A DNA stretch of 64,000 nucleotides from an uncultured delta proteobacterium (GCA_963765675.1 CAVXXK010000001.1:480001-544000); one strand, 5' to 3'. Counted from the stretch's first letter, positions 20,517 through 32,456 are shown. Notes: generated by a model from the sequence alone, not told the origin. A program made the numbers and translations.

Positions 20517-22622
20517 TCACTTCTCCAGCGCGCCGGTGGCATCTGCCATGATTTCGGAAAGATCGCGCACGCGCATCGTGTCTTCGAGCGAGCGCGATTT
20601 TACCGCGTCTTCGATCATCGTCATGCAGAAGGGGCATCCTACGGCTACGCACTCGGGCTTGGCTTCGCTTAGCTGATCGAGGCGCTTTTGATTGATGCGG
20701 GTGCCCTCGTGCTCTTCCTTCCACATGCATCCGCCGCCGGCGCCGCAGCAGAACGTCCGGTTCTTCGATTGGTCGACGTCGGAGACTTCGGCGCCGGGAA
20801 TCGCGCGGAGAATCTCGCGCGCGCCGTCCCATTCGCGGTTGTGCCGCGCCATGTAGCAGGGATCGTGATAGGTGACGCGCGCTTTCAAAATCTCCTTGGG
20901 TTTTAGGCGTCCCGCACGGACCAGCTCGGCCAGAAACTCGGCTTCATGCAGGACAGTGTAATTGCCGCCGAAGTCTGGATACTCATTCTTCAGATTGTGA
21001 AAACAGTGAGGACACTGAGTGACTATTCGTCGCGGCTTGTAGCGATTTAGCGTTTCAACATTCTGCGCCGCGACGGTCGCGTACAAATACTCATTGCCCA
21101 GCCTGCGCGCCGGATCGCCGGTGCAGGTTTCCTCTTTGCCCAGGATCCCGAACTTGACTCCGGCCTGCTGCATCAGCGCCGAGAACGCACGCGATACTTT
21201 CTGGTTGCGCTCGTCGAACGAACCCGCGCATCCAACCCAGTAGAGCACGTCGAGATCGGAGGGATCCTCGACCTCCGCCATCTCCGGGATGCCGAGGCCC
21301 GCGGCCCATTCCGCGCGCTTCTCGGCGGCAAGCCCCCACGGATTACCCTGGTTTTCGATTCCCTTGAATGCGCTGGTCGCTTCCTGCGGAAATTTGCTTT
21401 CCATCAGGACTTCGTAGCGGCGCATATCGACGATGCGCTGGATATGCTCGATCCCGACCGGGCATCCCTCCTCGCACCATCCGCAGGTCGTGCATGCCCA
21501 GACCGCGATTTCGGTCGCGACTTGGGTGATCATGTCGGGGCCGTCCCACACCGGAACTTCCGCGCCGTCGCCGCTGTTTTTCGCGGCTTCGGCGGCGAGC
21601 AGGAGGGGAGCCTTCTGCAGCAGATGCTCGCGCTGCTCGATCACGAGAAATTTCGGATTCAGCGTCTTGCCGGTGTTGACCGTCGGACAGTTGATCGTGC
21701 ATCGCCCGCATTCGAGGCACGACGACATGTCGAGCAACTGCTTCCAGGTGTATTGCTCGACCTGCGAGACGCCGAAAGTCTCGGCAGTCTCGAAATCCTT
21801 GATCGGAGCGAGGCGGCCGCGCGGCCCAAGATTGCGAAAGAACAGATTCACCGGTCCGAAGACCAGATGGCGCAGCTTGGTGAACGCGAAACACGCGAGC
21901 AGCACGTACACGAGAATCAGATGCGTCAGCCACAGGTAGCGATGATAGGTCACTCCCGCGCCGAGCGCGCCTTCAAGGTGGCCGATGGTGCGGCCGATGT
22001 AGGCCCATTCGGTGAACTTCGGATGAGTCGCGTTGATACGCGCGCCCTCGAGCATCAGGCCCGTCAGCGCGACCAGCACCAGCATCGTCATCGGGAACCA
22101 GTAGCCGAGCCGGTTCTCTAAATTTTCGTTGACCTTGTCGGCGGGAGGCTGATTCAGCACCGACGGTTTGCGGACTCGGCGGCGCGCGCCTTCGGCCAGA
22201 ATTCCGGCGATCAGGATCAGGAAAAAGGTGTCCATCGCGGCTTTGAAGAACAGGTAGAAATCGCCGTAGTAGAAATAGAGCTTGAGTCCGAAGACCTCGA
22301 CCAGGTCGCGCACGTCGCTATTGATCGCGACGATCGTCGTGCCGATCAGCAGCCCGACGAAGCCGACGTAGAACGAGTAATGCATCCATCCCCAGGACTC
22401 GCGGGTGACGTAGCCCTGTCCGAGCGCGTCGCGCAGCGAGAGGAACAGGCGGCGCGGAATCTGGTCGAGACGATTTTCGGCGACGCCCAGCCGAATCCTG
22501 CGGTACCATCCGAGACCCGCCCACACGTACGCGGCGATCAGCACGGCCAGCAGCAAATACATCAGGACGATGAATGGGATCGGGACGTTCCAGAGAATCT
22601 GGCGGGTGACTTGCTCGTTCAT
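20517..22622 (-). CDS. Membrane Fe-S oxidoreductase, FadF / heterodisulfide-reductase-like (probable ETF partner)
   Basis: N-terminal TM domain, CLECGRCTINCP and CTTCGWCEEGCP 4Fe-4S motifs, two CCG domains (WVGCAG, HDPCY, CCGAGGG, CPFC). Confidence 0.9.
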   Translation of the reverse strand: MNEQVTRQILWNVPIPFIVLMYLLLAVLIAAYVWAGLGWYRRIRLGVAENRLDQIPRRLFLSLRDALGQGYVTRESWGWMHYSFYVGFVGLLIGTTIVAINSDVRDLVEVFGLKLYFYYGDFYLFFKAAMDTFFLILIAGILAEGARRRVRKPSVLNQPPADKVNENLENRLGYWFPMTMLVLVALTGLMLEGARINATHPKFTEWAYIGRTIGHLEGALGAGVTYHRYLWLTHLILVYVLLACFAFTKLRHLVFGPVNLFFRNLGPRGRLAPIKDFETAETFGVSQVEQYTWKQLLDMSSCLECGRCTINCPTVNTGKTLNPKFLVIEQREHLLQKAPLLLAAEAAKNSGDGAEVPVWDGPDMITQVATEIAVWACTTCGWCEEGCPVGIEHIQRIVDMRRYEVLMESKFPQEATSAFKGIENQGNPWGLAAEKRAEWAAGLGIPEMAEVEDPSDLDVLYWVGCAGSFDERNQKVSRAFSALMQQAGVKFGILGKEETCTGDPARRLGNEYLYATVAAQNVETLNRYKPRRIVTQCPHCFHNLKNEYPDFGGNYTVLHEAEFLAELVRAGRLKPKEILKARVTYHDPCYMARHNREWDGAREILRAIPGAEVSDVDQSKNRTFCCGAGGGCMWKEEHEGTRINQKRLDQLSEAKPECVAVGCPFCMTMIEDAVKSRSLEDTMRVRDLSEIMADATGALEK

Positions 22623-22779
22623 TTGGGCTCCGGAGGACTCTCGCCGGCGGGCGCCGGATACGACGCCCGAACTGGCATTCTGTACCAGTCTTAAATCAGA
22701 CCCGCACGAGTAAATTCAATGCTAATCCCGGCGAATTATCGAGGCGAGCCAACCCGTCGCATGACGGTGACATACGCGA

Positions 22780-23826
22780 TCAGACCTTGAAGCGGATATG
22801 AATGATATCGCCGTCGCGCATGATGTAGTCGCGTCCTTCGAGGCGGAGCTTGCCCGCTTCCTTGACTTTCGCATCGGACTTGAGCGCGGCAAAATCCTCG
22901 TAGCTGACGACCTCGGCGCGGATGAACCCGCGCGCGATATCGCTGTGAATCACGCCGGCCGCGTCGAGCGCGGTGTCGCCGCGATGCAGCGACCACGCGT
23001 GCGCCTCCGGCTCGCCGGCGGTGTAGAAAGCGATCAACCCCAGATGCGCGTAGAGTGCCGTGATCAGCCGGTCGCGCGCGGGCGCGTCGAGTCCCGCGGC
23101 GGCGAGCATCTCCTTGCGTCCATCCGCTTCGAGCTCCCACAACTCCGATTCGAACGAGGCCGCGAGCCTGAAGACCTCGATTCCGCGCGCGTGGACGGCG
23201 GTGCGCTCAGCCTCGGTGATGTCGGCGGCGGCGGCTTCCATCTCGCAATTGACGACGGCGAGGACAGGCTTGCGCGAGAGAAAACCGAAGCTCGAGAACG
23301 CGGCGAGCTCCTGCGCCGTCATCTCCATGAGGCGCAGCGGCTTGCCCTCTTCCAGCCATTTGAGGACTTTTTCGAGCGCGGTCTTCTCGAACTCGGTCGC
23401 GCTGCGATCTTTTTTGACGCGCTCGAGGCGGCGCTCGGCCTGATCGAAGTCGGCAAAGACCAGCTCGCCCTCGATACTTTCGAGCGCGGGCAGCAGGTCT
23501 TTGTGCATCGCGGCGAACTGCGGGATGACGACCAGCAGCGCGTCGAGATCGCGGATGAGCGGCAGCAGGCTCGCGTCGAGCGCGGCGCCCTCTTTCTGTT
23601 CCTTTGGATTGGGCGCGAAATCGAGAATCGTCAGTTCGACCGGGACCTTCTTTTTCGAGCCGTAGGTGGCCTCGAGAAAATCCAGGCGCGGGTCGGCGAC
23701 TTTGATCTGTCCGGGGCGGCCGCGATTTTTGCCTTCGGCGGCGCCGGGAATCGGCGCGAGCCCGGTGAGCGCGTGGAATACGGCAGACTTTCCGGCGCCT
23801 CGCGCGCCGATAATTCCGGTTTTCAA
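22780..23826 (-). CDS. ychF: YchF/Ola1-like ATPase with DUF933 (TGS) domain, divergent
   Basis: C-terminal AAGVIHSDIARGFIRAEV...EGRDYIMRDGDIIHIRF; P-loop GARGAGKS; TTG start MKTGIIG. Confidence 0.85.
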   Translation of the reverse strand: MKTGIIGARGAGKSAVFHALTGLAPIPGAAEGKNRGRPGQIKVADPRLDFLEATYGSKKKVPVELTILDFAPNPKEQKEGAALDASLLPLIRDLDALLVVIPQFAAMHKDLLPALESIEGELVFADFDQAERRLERVKKDRSATEFEKTALEKVLKWLEEGKPLRLMEMTAQELAAFSSFGFLSRKPVLAVVNCEMEAAAADITEAERTAVHARGIEVFRLAASFESELWELEADGRKEMLAAAGLDAPARDRLITALYAHLGLIAFYTAGEPEAHAWSLHRGDTALDAAGVIHSDIARGFIRAEVVSYEDFAALKSDAKVKEAGKLRLEGRDYIMRDGDIIHIRFKV

Positions 23827-23936
23827 AATGATCAGCCCTCGAAACAATCGAGGCTGACATATCGCCGCGAGGGACGAAAGTGCGCCGGTTTTTCTCGCGG
23901 CGGTCCAGGATTAAAATCGACGCGCCGAATGCTGGT

Positions 23937-24269
23937 GTGTCATTCCCGCGCGCGTGGCTGCCACGCGCGAGAGCCTGTCCTGAGCAAGGCCGAAGGAAAT
24001 CCTGTGCTAGGCCCTCGGCCTTCAGCCAACTCGCGGATGCGTGCATGAACGCCCCGGGATTTCCCCCGGAGCCTGCCCTGAGCAGCGTCGAAGGGGTCGA
24101 AATGACGGATGTGGGTTTGGTGATGAGTATCGTAGTCTCAGCCGAGCCCCCAATCGTCATTCCGAGCCCTGGGCGAGGAATCCCGAGACGGCCGTGCTCC
24201 CAGTCCGCATCTCATGCTGTGGCCTTTCGTTCTGGACTGCTCGCACGCCAGCCACGTCCGGTAATGACA
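23937..24269. repeat. REP/dRS3-like mosaic element, copy C
   Basis: First ~65 bp near-identical to copy A; contains copy A's GGCTCGGCTGAGACTACGATACTC segment in inverted orientation. Confidence 0.85.
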
Positions 24270-24338
24270 AGCGATTAAAACCGTCGGCCGATCAAACTGA
24301 CCTACTGTCGGTTTCCTGCTATAAGCCGAGCGAGCGAG

Positions 24339-25628
24339 GTGAACGCGATGCCACAGGCGCCGGCTGATTATCCCGTCCGTTACCCGATCGATTTCGGCGA
24401 CATCAATCCCGACGTTCGCCAGCGCGTCGTTCAACTCTACGCCGCCGACCTGGGTAAATCCCGCGGCGTGCTGTGGATGCCGCCAAAGGGAAAGCCGCGC
24501 ACGGTTGTGATCATGTCGCATCCGCGCGCCGACTTCTCGACCCATTACTCGATTCCATACTGGGTCGATGCAGGCTTCGCCGCGTTCGCGCTCAATACGC
24601 GCTACCTGAACAACGACGCGATGATGCTGCACGAGAGTCTGCTGCTCGACCTCGCGGCGGGAATCAAATTTCTGCGCGAGGAAGAAGGCTTCGAGCATAT
24701 CGTGATGCTCGGCAACTCGGGGGGCGGCTCGCTGTTCTCCTATTACGACGCTCAGGCGCGCACGCCGAAAGGTCAGCGCGTGGCCGCTCCTCCGGGGGGC
24801 GGTCCTCCTGATCTGAACAAGTTCGAGCTGCCGTTATGCGACGGCTTCATCATGCTGGCGGCGCATCCGGGCCAGGGGATGGTCCTGATGAGTTGCCTCG
24901 ACGCGGCGGTGGTTGACGAATCGGATCCGATCGCGTCCGATGCGGCGCTCGACATGTATGACGAGGCGAACGGGTTCCGCACGCCACCCGCCGCGAGCAG
25001 CTATTCGAAAGAGTTCGTCGACAGATATCGCGCGGCGCAGCGCTCGCGATGCGCGCGGATCGACGCGATCGCGCGGCGGCATATAGATGAAGCGAATTCC
25101 TCGCGCGCGATCATGCGCGACAAGGATTTCGCCGCGACGGCGCCGGCGCGCAGAAATTTCGCGGCTCGCCGCGCGATGGCGCCGACGTACATGATCGTCT
25201 ATCGCACGCAGGCCAATCCGAATTACTGCGATCTTTCGATCGATCCGTCCGAGCGCGCCGTCGGCTCGATCATTTCGGCGCGTCCGGACCTCGCGAACTA
25301 CTCGGCCTTCGGGCTTGGGCGAATCGTCACGCCCGACGCGTGGCTCTCGACCTGGTCGGGTCTGTCGTCGTACGCGAAGACGGCGGTGAATCTTCCCAAG
25401 GTCACGGCGCCGACGCTGATTGTCGGCGCGAATGCGGACCAGGATATTTTTCTCTCCGACGTGCGCGCGGAGTTCGAGGCATCGGGCGCCAGCGATAAGA
25501 CGATCGCGTTCATCGAGGGCGCCGATCACTTCATGCGCGTCGGTGGCACGAAAGCGCACCTCGGCGATCCGCGTCCGCGCCTGATGAAAGTGCTGGCCAA
25601 CTGGACGCGCGAGCGCTTCGCACCGTAG
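24339..25628 (+). CDS. Alpha/beta hydrolase
   Basis: GNSGGGS nucleophile elbow, ADQD acid, GADH histidine. Confidence 0.85.
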   Translation: MNAMPQAPADYPVRYPIDFGDINPDVRQRVVQLYAADLGKSRGVLWMPPKGKPRTVVIMSHPRADFSTHYSIPYWVDAGFAAFALNTRYLNNDAMMLHESLLLDLAAGIKFLREEEGFEHIVMLGNSGGGSLFSYYDAQARTPKGQRVAAPPGGGPPDLNKFELPLCDGFIMLAAHPGQGMVLMSCLDAAVVDESDPIASDAALDMYDEANGFRTPPAASSYSKEFVDRYRAAQRSRCARIDAIARRHIDEANSSRAIMRDKDFAATAPARRNFAARRAMAPTYMIVYRTQANPNYCDLSIDPSERAVGSIISARPDLANYSAFGLGRIVTPDAWLSTWSGLSSYAKTAVNLPKVTAPTLIVGANADQDIFLSDVRAEFEASGASDKTIAFIEGADHFMRVGGTKAHLGDPRPRLMKVLANWTRERFAP

Positions 25629-25640
25629 GCCGGCTAGCGG

Positions 25641-26798
25641 CTATCTCTCGTACGCCGCGAGCTGCTCCTGCCACTTGCTTCCGAAGGCCATTATCAGGAC
25701 CTGCTGATTGATCGCTTCGTCGCCTTCGAGACTGCGCATCTCGCCGCCTCCAGTGTGCGCGATCACCGCGAACGCGGCGCGCGCCTGCTGATAGAACGCA
25801 GGCATCGGCGCGGCCGCGGTGTTGGCCTCGCGATGAACGCGGATGTTGAGCTCGTGCTCGAAGCGCTGATGCTCCTGCGCGGTGGGATCGACGACGCTGA
25901 CGGTGCCGTTTTCGGCGCGGAACTTGCGCTCGAGCTCGAGAATCGCCGCGAACTTGTCCTGCTTTGGCGGCGCGTCGCCGGCCAGCACGATCACCTTGCG
26001 CGCGTAAGGCTTCCAGTCCATCCGATCGATCGCGGCCTGCATCGCGCCGTAGGTGTTTTCTTCCCACTCGCCGCCGCCCTTGGTCTGGATTGCGGACAAA
26101 AACGCGTCGAGCTTCGCCGGCGACAGCGTGAGCGGCTGCACGTCGAGCGGCTCGCCCTCGCCTCCGTACACGACGATTCCAATGCGCGCCGTGGGAACCA
26201 GGCGCTGAATCGCGCGCACGAGCTCCTTCATCCGCGCCTTCACATCCGCCATCACCAGCCGCATCGAGTCGGTCCCGTCGATCACCAGCACGACGTCCAA
26301 TCCATTGCGGCGAAGATGGCCGATGAACCCGCCCCATCCGCCACCGAAGCCGGGGCCGTGCCCGGTGCCAAGTCCTTCGCCACCACGATTGAGCCCGATC
26401 CCGCCCGCTGCGGAACGGACGTAGTCGGTCGCGAGCGCGACCGCCTGCGCCATGTCGTCGGTCCGCGGCAACTCGGTTTGCTGCGGCGCGACGTCGGGCA
26501 TCGGAACTTCCGGCATGTCGAGCTTCTGCATCTCGTCGCCACCACCGCCGCCGCCGCCCGCTTCGAGATTGACGAGGATCAAATCGCGTCCGCGGCTTTC
26601 GTGGACCGTGATAATCAGGAACAGCAGCGCGCCGACATGAATCGCGACCGAAAGCGGAAACGGGCCGCCGACAAACCGGACCGCCCGCGCGATCACGCCC
26701 GCTCCGCCATCCTCGCGGCGCCTGAGCCGCCGGATCGCGATTGCGACGACGATTATCGAGAGGCAAAGCGCTATCAATGCGAACAGGTACGGGTTCAT
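25641..26798 (-). CDS. Membrane-anchored VWA domain protein (paralog 2)
   Basis: Two N-terminal TMs (second with LSVAIH), Gly/Pro linker, LDVVLVIDGTDSM MIDAS, GGGEWEE, VIVLAGDAPP. Confidence 0.88.
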   Translation of the reverse strand: MNPYLFALIALCLSIIVVAIAIRRLRRREDGGAGVIARAVRFVGGPFPLSVAIHVGALLFLIITVHESRGRDLILVNLEAGGGGGGGDEMQKLDMPEVPMPDVAPQQTELPRTDDMAQAVALATDYVRSAAGGIGLNRGGEGLGTGHGPGFGGGWGGFIGHLRRNGLDVVLVIDGTDSMRLVMADVKARMKELVRAIQRLVPTARIGIVVYGGEGEPLDVQPLTLSPAKLDAFLSAIQTKGGGEWEENTYGAMQAAIDRMDWKPYARKVIVLAGDAPPKQDKFAAILELERKFRAENGTVSVVDPTAQEHQRFEHELNIRVHREANTAAAPMPAFYQQARAAFAVIAHTGGGEMRSLEGDEAINQQVLIMAFGSKWQEQLAAYER

Positions 26799-26922
26799 CG
26801 CGACACCTCCTGATCGGGTCCGGGGCGTCTATACAAACGCTCCTGATGATCAGATCGCGCGCGGAAGCTTTTCTTGCAGAATTTCTTTGCGCGGCCGGGT
26901 TCAGAGCAAACGAACCCACGCG

Positions 26923-28356
26923 CTAGGGAGTGCCGCTTGCGGAATTGATCCCACGGCCGAAGGCGGAGACCTGATTCTGCCACTGTTCGCCAAAGGCGAG
27001 GATCAGCACCTGCTGGTTGATGTGCGAGTCGTGCGTGAGCGAGCGCATCGCACCGCCGCCCGCATTGGCGAGCACCTTATAAGCGGCGCGAGTCTGCTGA
27101 TAGAACTCCGGCAGCGGCGTGATTTTCGGCGGCTCCTCGCGATGCACCTTGAGCCAGAACTCGCGCTCGAAGCGCTCGTGCTCTTCCGCCGCCACGTCGA
27201 CGGTGTTGAAAGTTCCGTTCTCGGTCTTGAACTTGCGGATCATCGCGACCAGCGGCGCGAAGTCTTCCTTGCGTGGCGGCGAGTCGCCGACCAGCACCAC
27301 CACCTTCTTCGCGTACGGCTTCCAGTCCATCTTGTCCATCGCGGTCTCGCACGCGCCGAAAGTGTCTTCTTCCCATTCGCCCCCGCCCTTGGCGGTGATG
27401 TGATCGAGGAACTCGGTCAGCTTCTGCGGCGACAGCGTCAGAGGCTGGATCTCCATCGTCTCGCCCTTGCCGCCGAACACGATGATGCCGACGCGCGCGA
27501 TCGGAACCAGCCGATGGATCGCCTGGATGAGCTGCCCCATCTTGGCCTTCACGTCATCGATGATCAGACCCATCGAGCCGGTGCCGTCGATCACCAGCAC
27601 CACGTCCAAGCCCTTGCGTCGGAGTTCTCCGATAAATCCGCCGAAGCCCGTGCCGATACCGTGGCCGTAGCCTGAACCCATCCCACCGCCGCGGCCGATT
27701 CCGATTCCGCCGCCACCGGCCGCGCGCACGTAGTCGTTGGCCATGCCGACCGCCTGCGAGGTATCGATCGCTTGCGGATTGTCCATCTGCTGGGGCGCGG
27801 TGTCTGGCATCGGCACTTCAGGCATGTCGAGATCCTGCATCTCGTTGCCGCCGCCTCCACCGCCGCCCGCTTCGAGATTGACCATGATAAATTCGCGTCC
27901 ACGCTGCTCGTGCACGGTGATGATCAGCAGCATGATCAGCACCAGGTGGATCGCGACCGAAAGCGGAAACGGGCCCACGATGAATCGGAACCCGCGGCGG
28001 AGCGCGGCGACGATGCCCTCGTCCTCGCCGTGGGGCGATAGCTCGGAGTCGTCGTCAGAATCGGCTTCCGCGAGAGCTGGCAGCGCGAGCCTCTTGGGAG
28101 CATCCAGGGCACCGCTGCGGGCGAGAGCCGCGAGATTGCGTTGGCATAGCACGCATCGCGCGGCGTGATGCTCCCAGCGCGAGTATTCGTCCGCATCCAG
28201 CAAGCGAGTAGCGAATGCCGCGAGCACGTCGGCGTCCGGACAATCGCTGCCGGACGCATCAAGCCCATCGGCCAGGCGGCGCGCGGTCAGCACGTCGAGC
28301 GCGTCATTTCCCACTTCGCTATTTTCGCGGTCTTCGCCGTTTATGCGATTAGCCAT
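26923..28356 (-). CDS. zf-HC2 anti-sigma-like domain + TM + VWA domain protein
   Basis: CPDADVLAAF...HHAARCVLC (HxxxCxxC); TM LSVAIHLVL; LDVVLVIDGTGSM; TAATG coupling to the sigma gene. Confidence 0.88.
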   Translation of the reverse strand: MANRINGEDRENSEVGNDALDVLTARRLADGLDASGSDCPDADVLAAFATRLLDADEYSRWEHHAARCVLCQRNLAALARSGALDAPKRLALPALAEADSDDDSELSPHGEDEGIVAALRRGFRFIVGPFPLSVAIHLVLIMLLIITVHEQRGREFIMVNLEAGGGGGGGNEMQDLDMPEVPMPDTAPQQMDNPQAIDTSQAVGMANDYVRAAGGGGIGIGRGGGMGSGYGHGIGTGFGGFIGELRRKGLDVVLVIDGTGSMGLIIDDVKAKMGQLIQAIHRLVPIARVGIIVFGGKGETMEIQPLTLSPQKLTEFLDHITAKGGGEWEEDTFGACETAMDKMDWKPYAKKVVVLVGDSPPRKEDFAPLVAMIRKFKTENGTFNTVDVAAEEHERFEREFWLKVHREEPPKITPLPEFYQQTRAAYKVLANAGGGAMRSLTHDSHINQQVLILAFGEQWQNQVSAFGRGINSASGTP

Positions 28357-29234
28357 TACTTTGCCTGCGAAAGCGCCCGTCCGAGATCGAACGGCCAATC
28401 GTCGGTTCCGAATTCAAAGCAGCGACTGATTTGTTCGTCGCTCAGATGATGCTCGCGCTTGAGCTCGCGCGCGACCCTGCGGCGAATCGCGAGCCGGATG
28501 CGCGCAAGGTTGCGCGATACCGACGACTCATGCTCGCCGAGCAGCGCGCCGGCTTCCACAAGCGTGAGACCTTGCACATAGTAATAAGAGAGACGAAGAC
28601 GGTCGCGCGGCTCGAGCTCGGCAAGCGCGGCGTCGAGCGCTTGCGCGAGCATCGGGATAAACCGCGCGCGGTCCGGATCGGCGGGCGCCGAGTGATTGCG
28701 ATCGCCACTCTCAATCTGCTGGGCATCGGCTGCTGCAGCGGCGTTGGAATGGTATCGCTCGCGCAGCCAATCGGCCTCCCGGCGCACGATCACGACGCGC
28801 AACCACGCGGCGAGCGCGCTTCGGCCATGGTAGTAATCGAGCGGTGAGCGGCGCGGGTTACCTACTCGCGCGACGTCGAAAAGATCGCCGTAGAGGGAGC
28901 TTTCGATTTCGCGCGCTCGATTCGTATCGCGCGCAATCGCGCGCACGAAACTCTCGATCGCGCCGTGGTAACGCGCGTCGAATTCGCGCCACGCCTCGGC
29001 GTTTCCCGCGCGGCATGCCATTGCAAGCGCAAGGTCCTCGACATGAAGGGAATCGAGGAAAATCTCAATTTCGGCAGGATTCGGGATAGCCCCGGCAAAT
29101 CGGCGCTCGATCGCGCGCTCGATCGTCTGCGCGAAATCGGCTTCTGGAATTCTCCAGCGCCGGGCGGCGCTGCGCTCATAGAGGCGCGCGAAGGTCTCAT
29201 GATACGCAGCGCGAAATCCCGGGAGCCCGTCCAT
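28356..29234 (-). CDS. ECF sigma-70 factor with N-terminal extension (myxococcal TIGR03001-like)
   Basis: LHVEDLALAMACRAGNAEAWREF, YHGRSALAAWLRVV, region 4 LEPRDRLRLSYYYVQGLTLVEAG...SSVSRNLAR. Confidence 0.88.
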   Translation of the reverse strand: MDGLPGFRAAYHETFARLYERSAARRWRIPEADFAQTIERAIERRFAGAIPNPAEIEIFLDSLHVEDLALAMACRAGNAEAWREFDARYHGAIESFVRAIARDTNRAREIESSLYGDLFDVARVGNPRRSPLDYYHGRSALAAWLRVVIVRREADWLRERYHSNAAAAADAQQIESGDRNHSAPADPDRARFIPMLAQALDAALAELEPRDRLRLSYYYVQGLTLVEAGALLGEHESSVSRNLARIRLAIRRRVARELKREHHLSDEQISRCFEFGTDDWPFDLGRALSQAK

Positions 29235-29366
29235 CGAGGCTCATCTTCGGCTCGATCCCGCCGAGTCTCAAGACGCCGCGAGCTACTCTCTCTTTCCCGA
29301 CGCGCGAGTGTCCGCTAATCTCGGCATTCAGCCGAGTCCTATCGGCGCGCCCGCAATCGCGGTGGG

Positions 29367-29442
29367 GCCACCCTAGCTCAGTTGGTAGAGCAGCTGATTC
29401 GTAATCAGCAGGTCGTCGGTTCGAATCCGACGGGTGGCTCCA
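29367..29442 (+). tRNA. tRNA-Thr(CGT)
   Basis: 76-nt cloverleaf GCCACCC...GGGTGGC-T-CCA, anticodon loop TT-CGT-AA, T-loop GGTTCGAATCC. Confidence 0.97.
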
Positions 29443-29507
29443 AAGAAATCAAGCAAAATCAACCACTTCTTACCTATGGTCGACGGTAGGCTTCACTATC
29501 AGCCTTT

Positions 29508-29528
29508 CGTGTCCACACCGTGTCCACA
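29508..29528 (+). repeat. Tandem CGTGTCCACA direct repeat, possible integrase arm-type site
   Basis: Two 10-mers at 11-bp period about 65 bp downstream of the tRNA 3' end. Confidence 0.55.
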
Positions 29529-29687
29529 AACCGAAAGCTCATGTCCAGGACCATCCTATGGAGAAGCGACGCTCACGGAACCCGCTTTCCAAGAGCGGCG
29601 AGGCGTCGCCCAAGGTGCTCCAACGCCTCGCGGCGATCCGCGTAGAGCACCTTCACGTCGTGGTAGCATAGGATCCTGGTTTGAAGT

Positions 29688-30498
29688 ATGCGCGACGAAC
29701 TTCCGAACCTTCGGCCCGACGCCTTCGCCGGCACTGCTGCAGCTTACGCGAAATTCCGCCCACGCTACCCGCGGGCGCTCCTTGACGATCTCCTTGCGCA
29801 AGTCGCGCTGCCGCGCCTGGGCCGGTTGCTCGATCTAGCCTGCGGGCCGGGCCGGATCGCACTCGATTTGGCCGGCTCTTTCGACAGCGCGTGGGCCATC
29901 GATCTCGAGCCCGAGATGATCGCTGTCGGAAAACAGGAAGCGGCGCGGCGAGGCATCGGCAACGTGAAATGGCTTGTCGGCCGAGCCGAAGCCCTGGACG
30001 CTCCGTCCGCCGCGTTCAGCCTGATCACGATCGGCGAGGCATTCCACCGGCTGGAGCAGACTTTGATCTGCGAAAAGGCGCATCAGTGGCTTGAACCTTC
30101 AGGGTGCCTCGTCACGATGGGCAGCCAGAGCATCCTGAATGGCAGCGAACCGTGGCAGATCGTCGTCGCCGAGGTTGCGCGGCGATGGATGGCGCGCGCC
30201 TTTCCGCGCGGCTGGGCGGTCGCGAAGGCAGGCGCGAAGCTCGACCCTGAGCAGGTCCTGCACGATGCGGGGTTCCTGGACGTGATTACGCGCTCGTTCA
30301 CTAAGCCCCACAGTTGGACCTTTGAGCAGATCATCGGATATCTGCAATCGACTTCGGTTTGTTCGCGCAAAGCGCTCGGCGGCGATTTCGAAGCTTTTGA
30401 GAACGACTTGGCGTCGGCCCTTCACGACCTGTCGAGGCGACGAAATTTATCCAGAACAACTCAGCTTCGGGTACACGCTTGGAAGAAAGCCCGGCTAG
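29688..30498 (+). CDS. Class I SAM-dependent methyltransferase (frameshift near 30435)
   Basis: YAKFRPRYP, LLDLACGPG, IGEAFH; plausible C-terminus EIYPEQLSFGYTLGRKPG* in a shifted frame. Confidence 0.85.
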
Positions 30499-30581
30499 GG
30501 CAGGCGAAAATGAAGTTGCTTTGCAACCCGACGGGTGGCTTAAGACAATCCAATAAGGAACCTATCTTGCCGCGAGCGTAC

Positions 30582-32456
<1,875 letters not shown>

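Noticed and set aside
22798-24048. Long antisense or alternate-frame ORFs (also 25755..26813, 10712..12124, 25531..26919)
   Set aside because: Shadow ORFs expected in high-GC DNA, overlapping well-supported genes and lacking motifs
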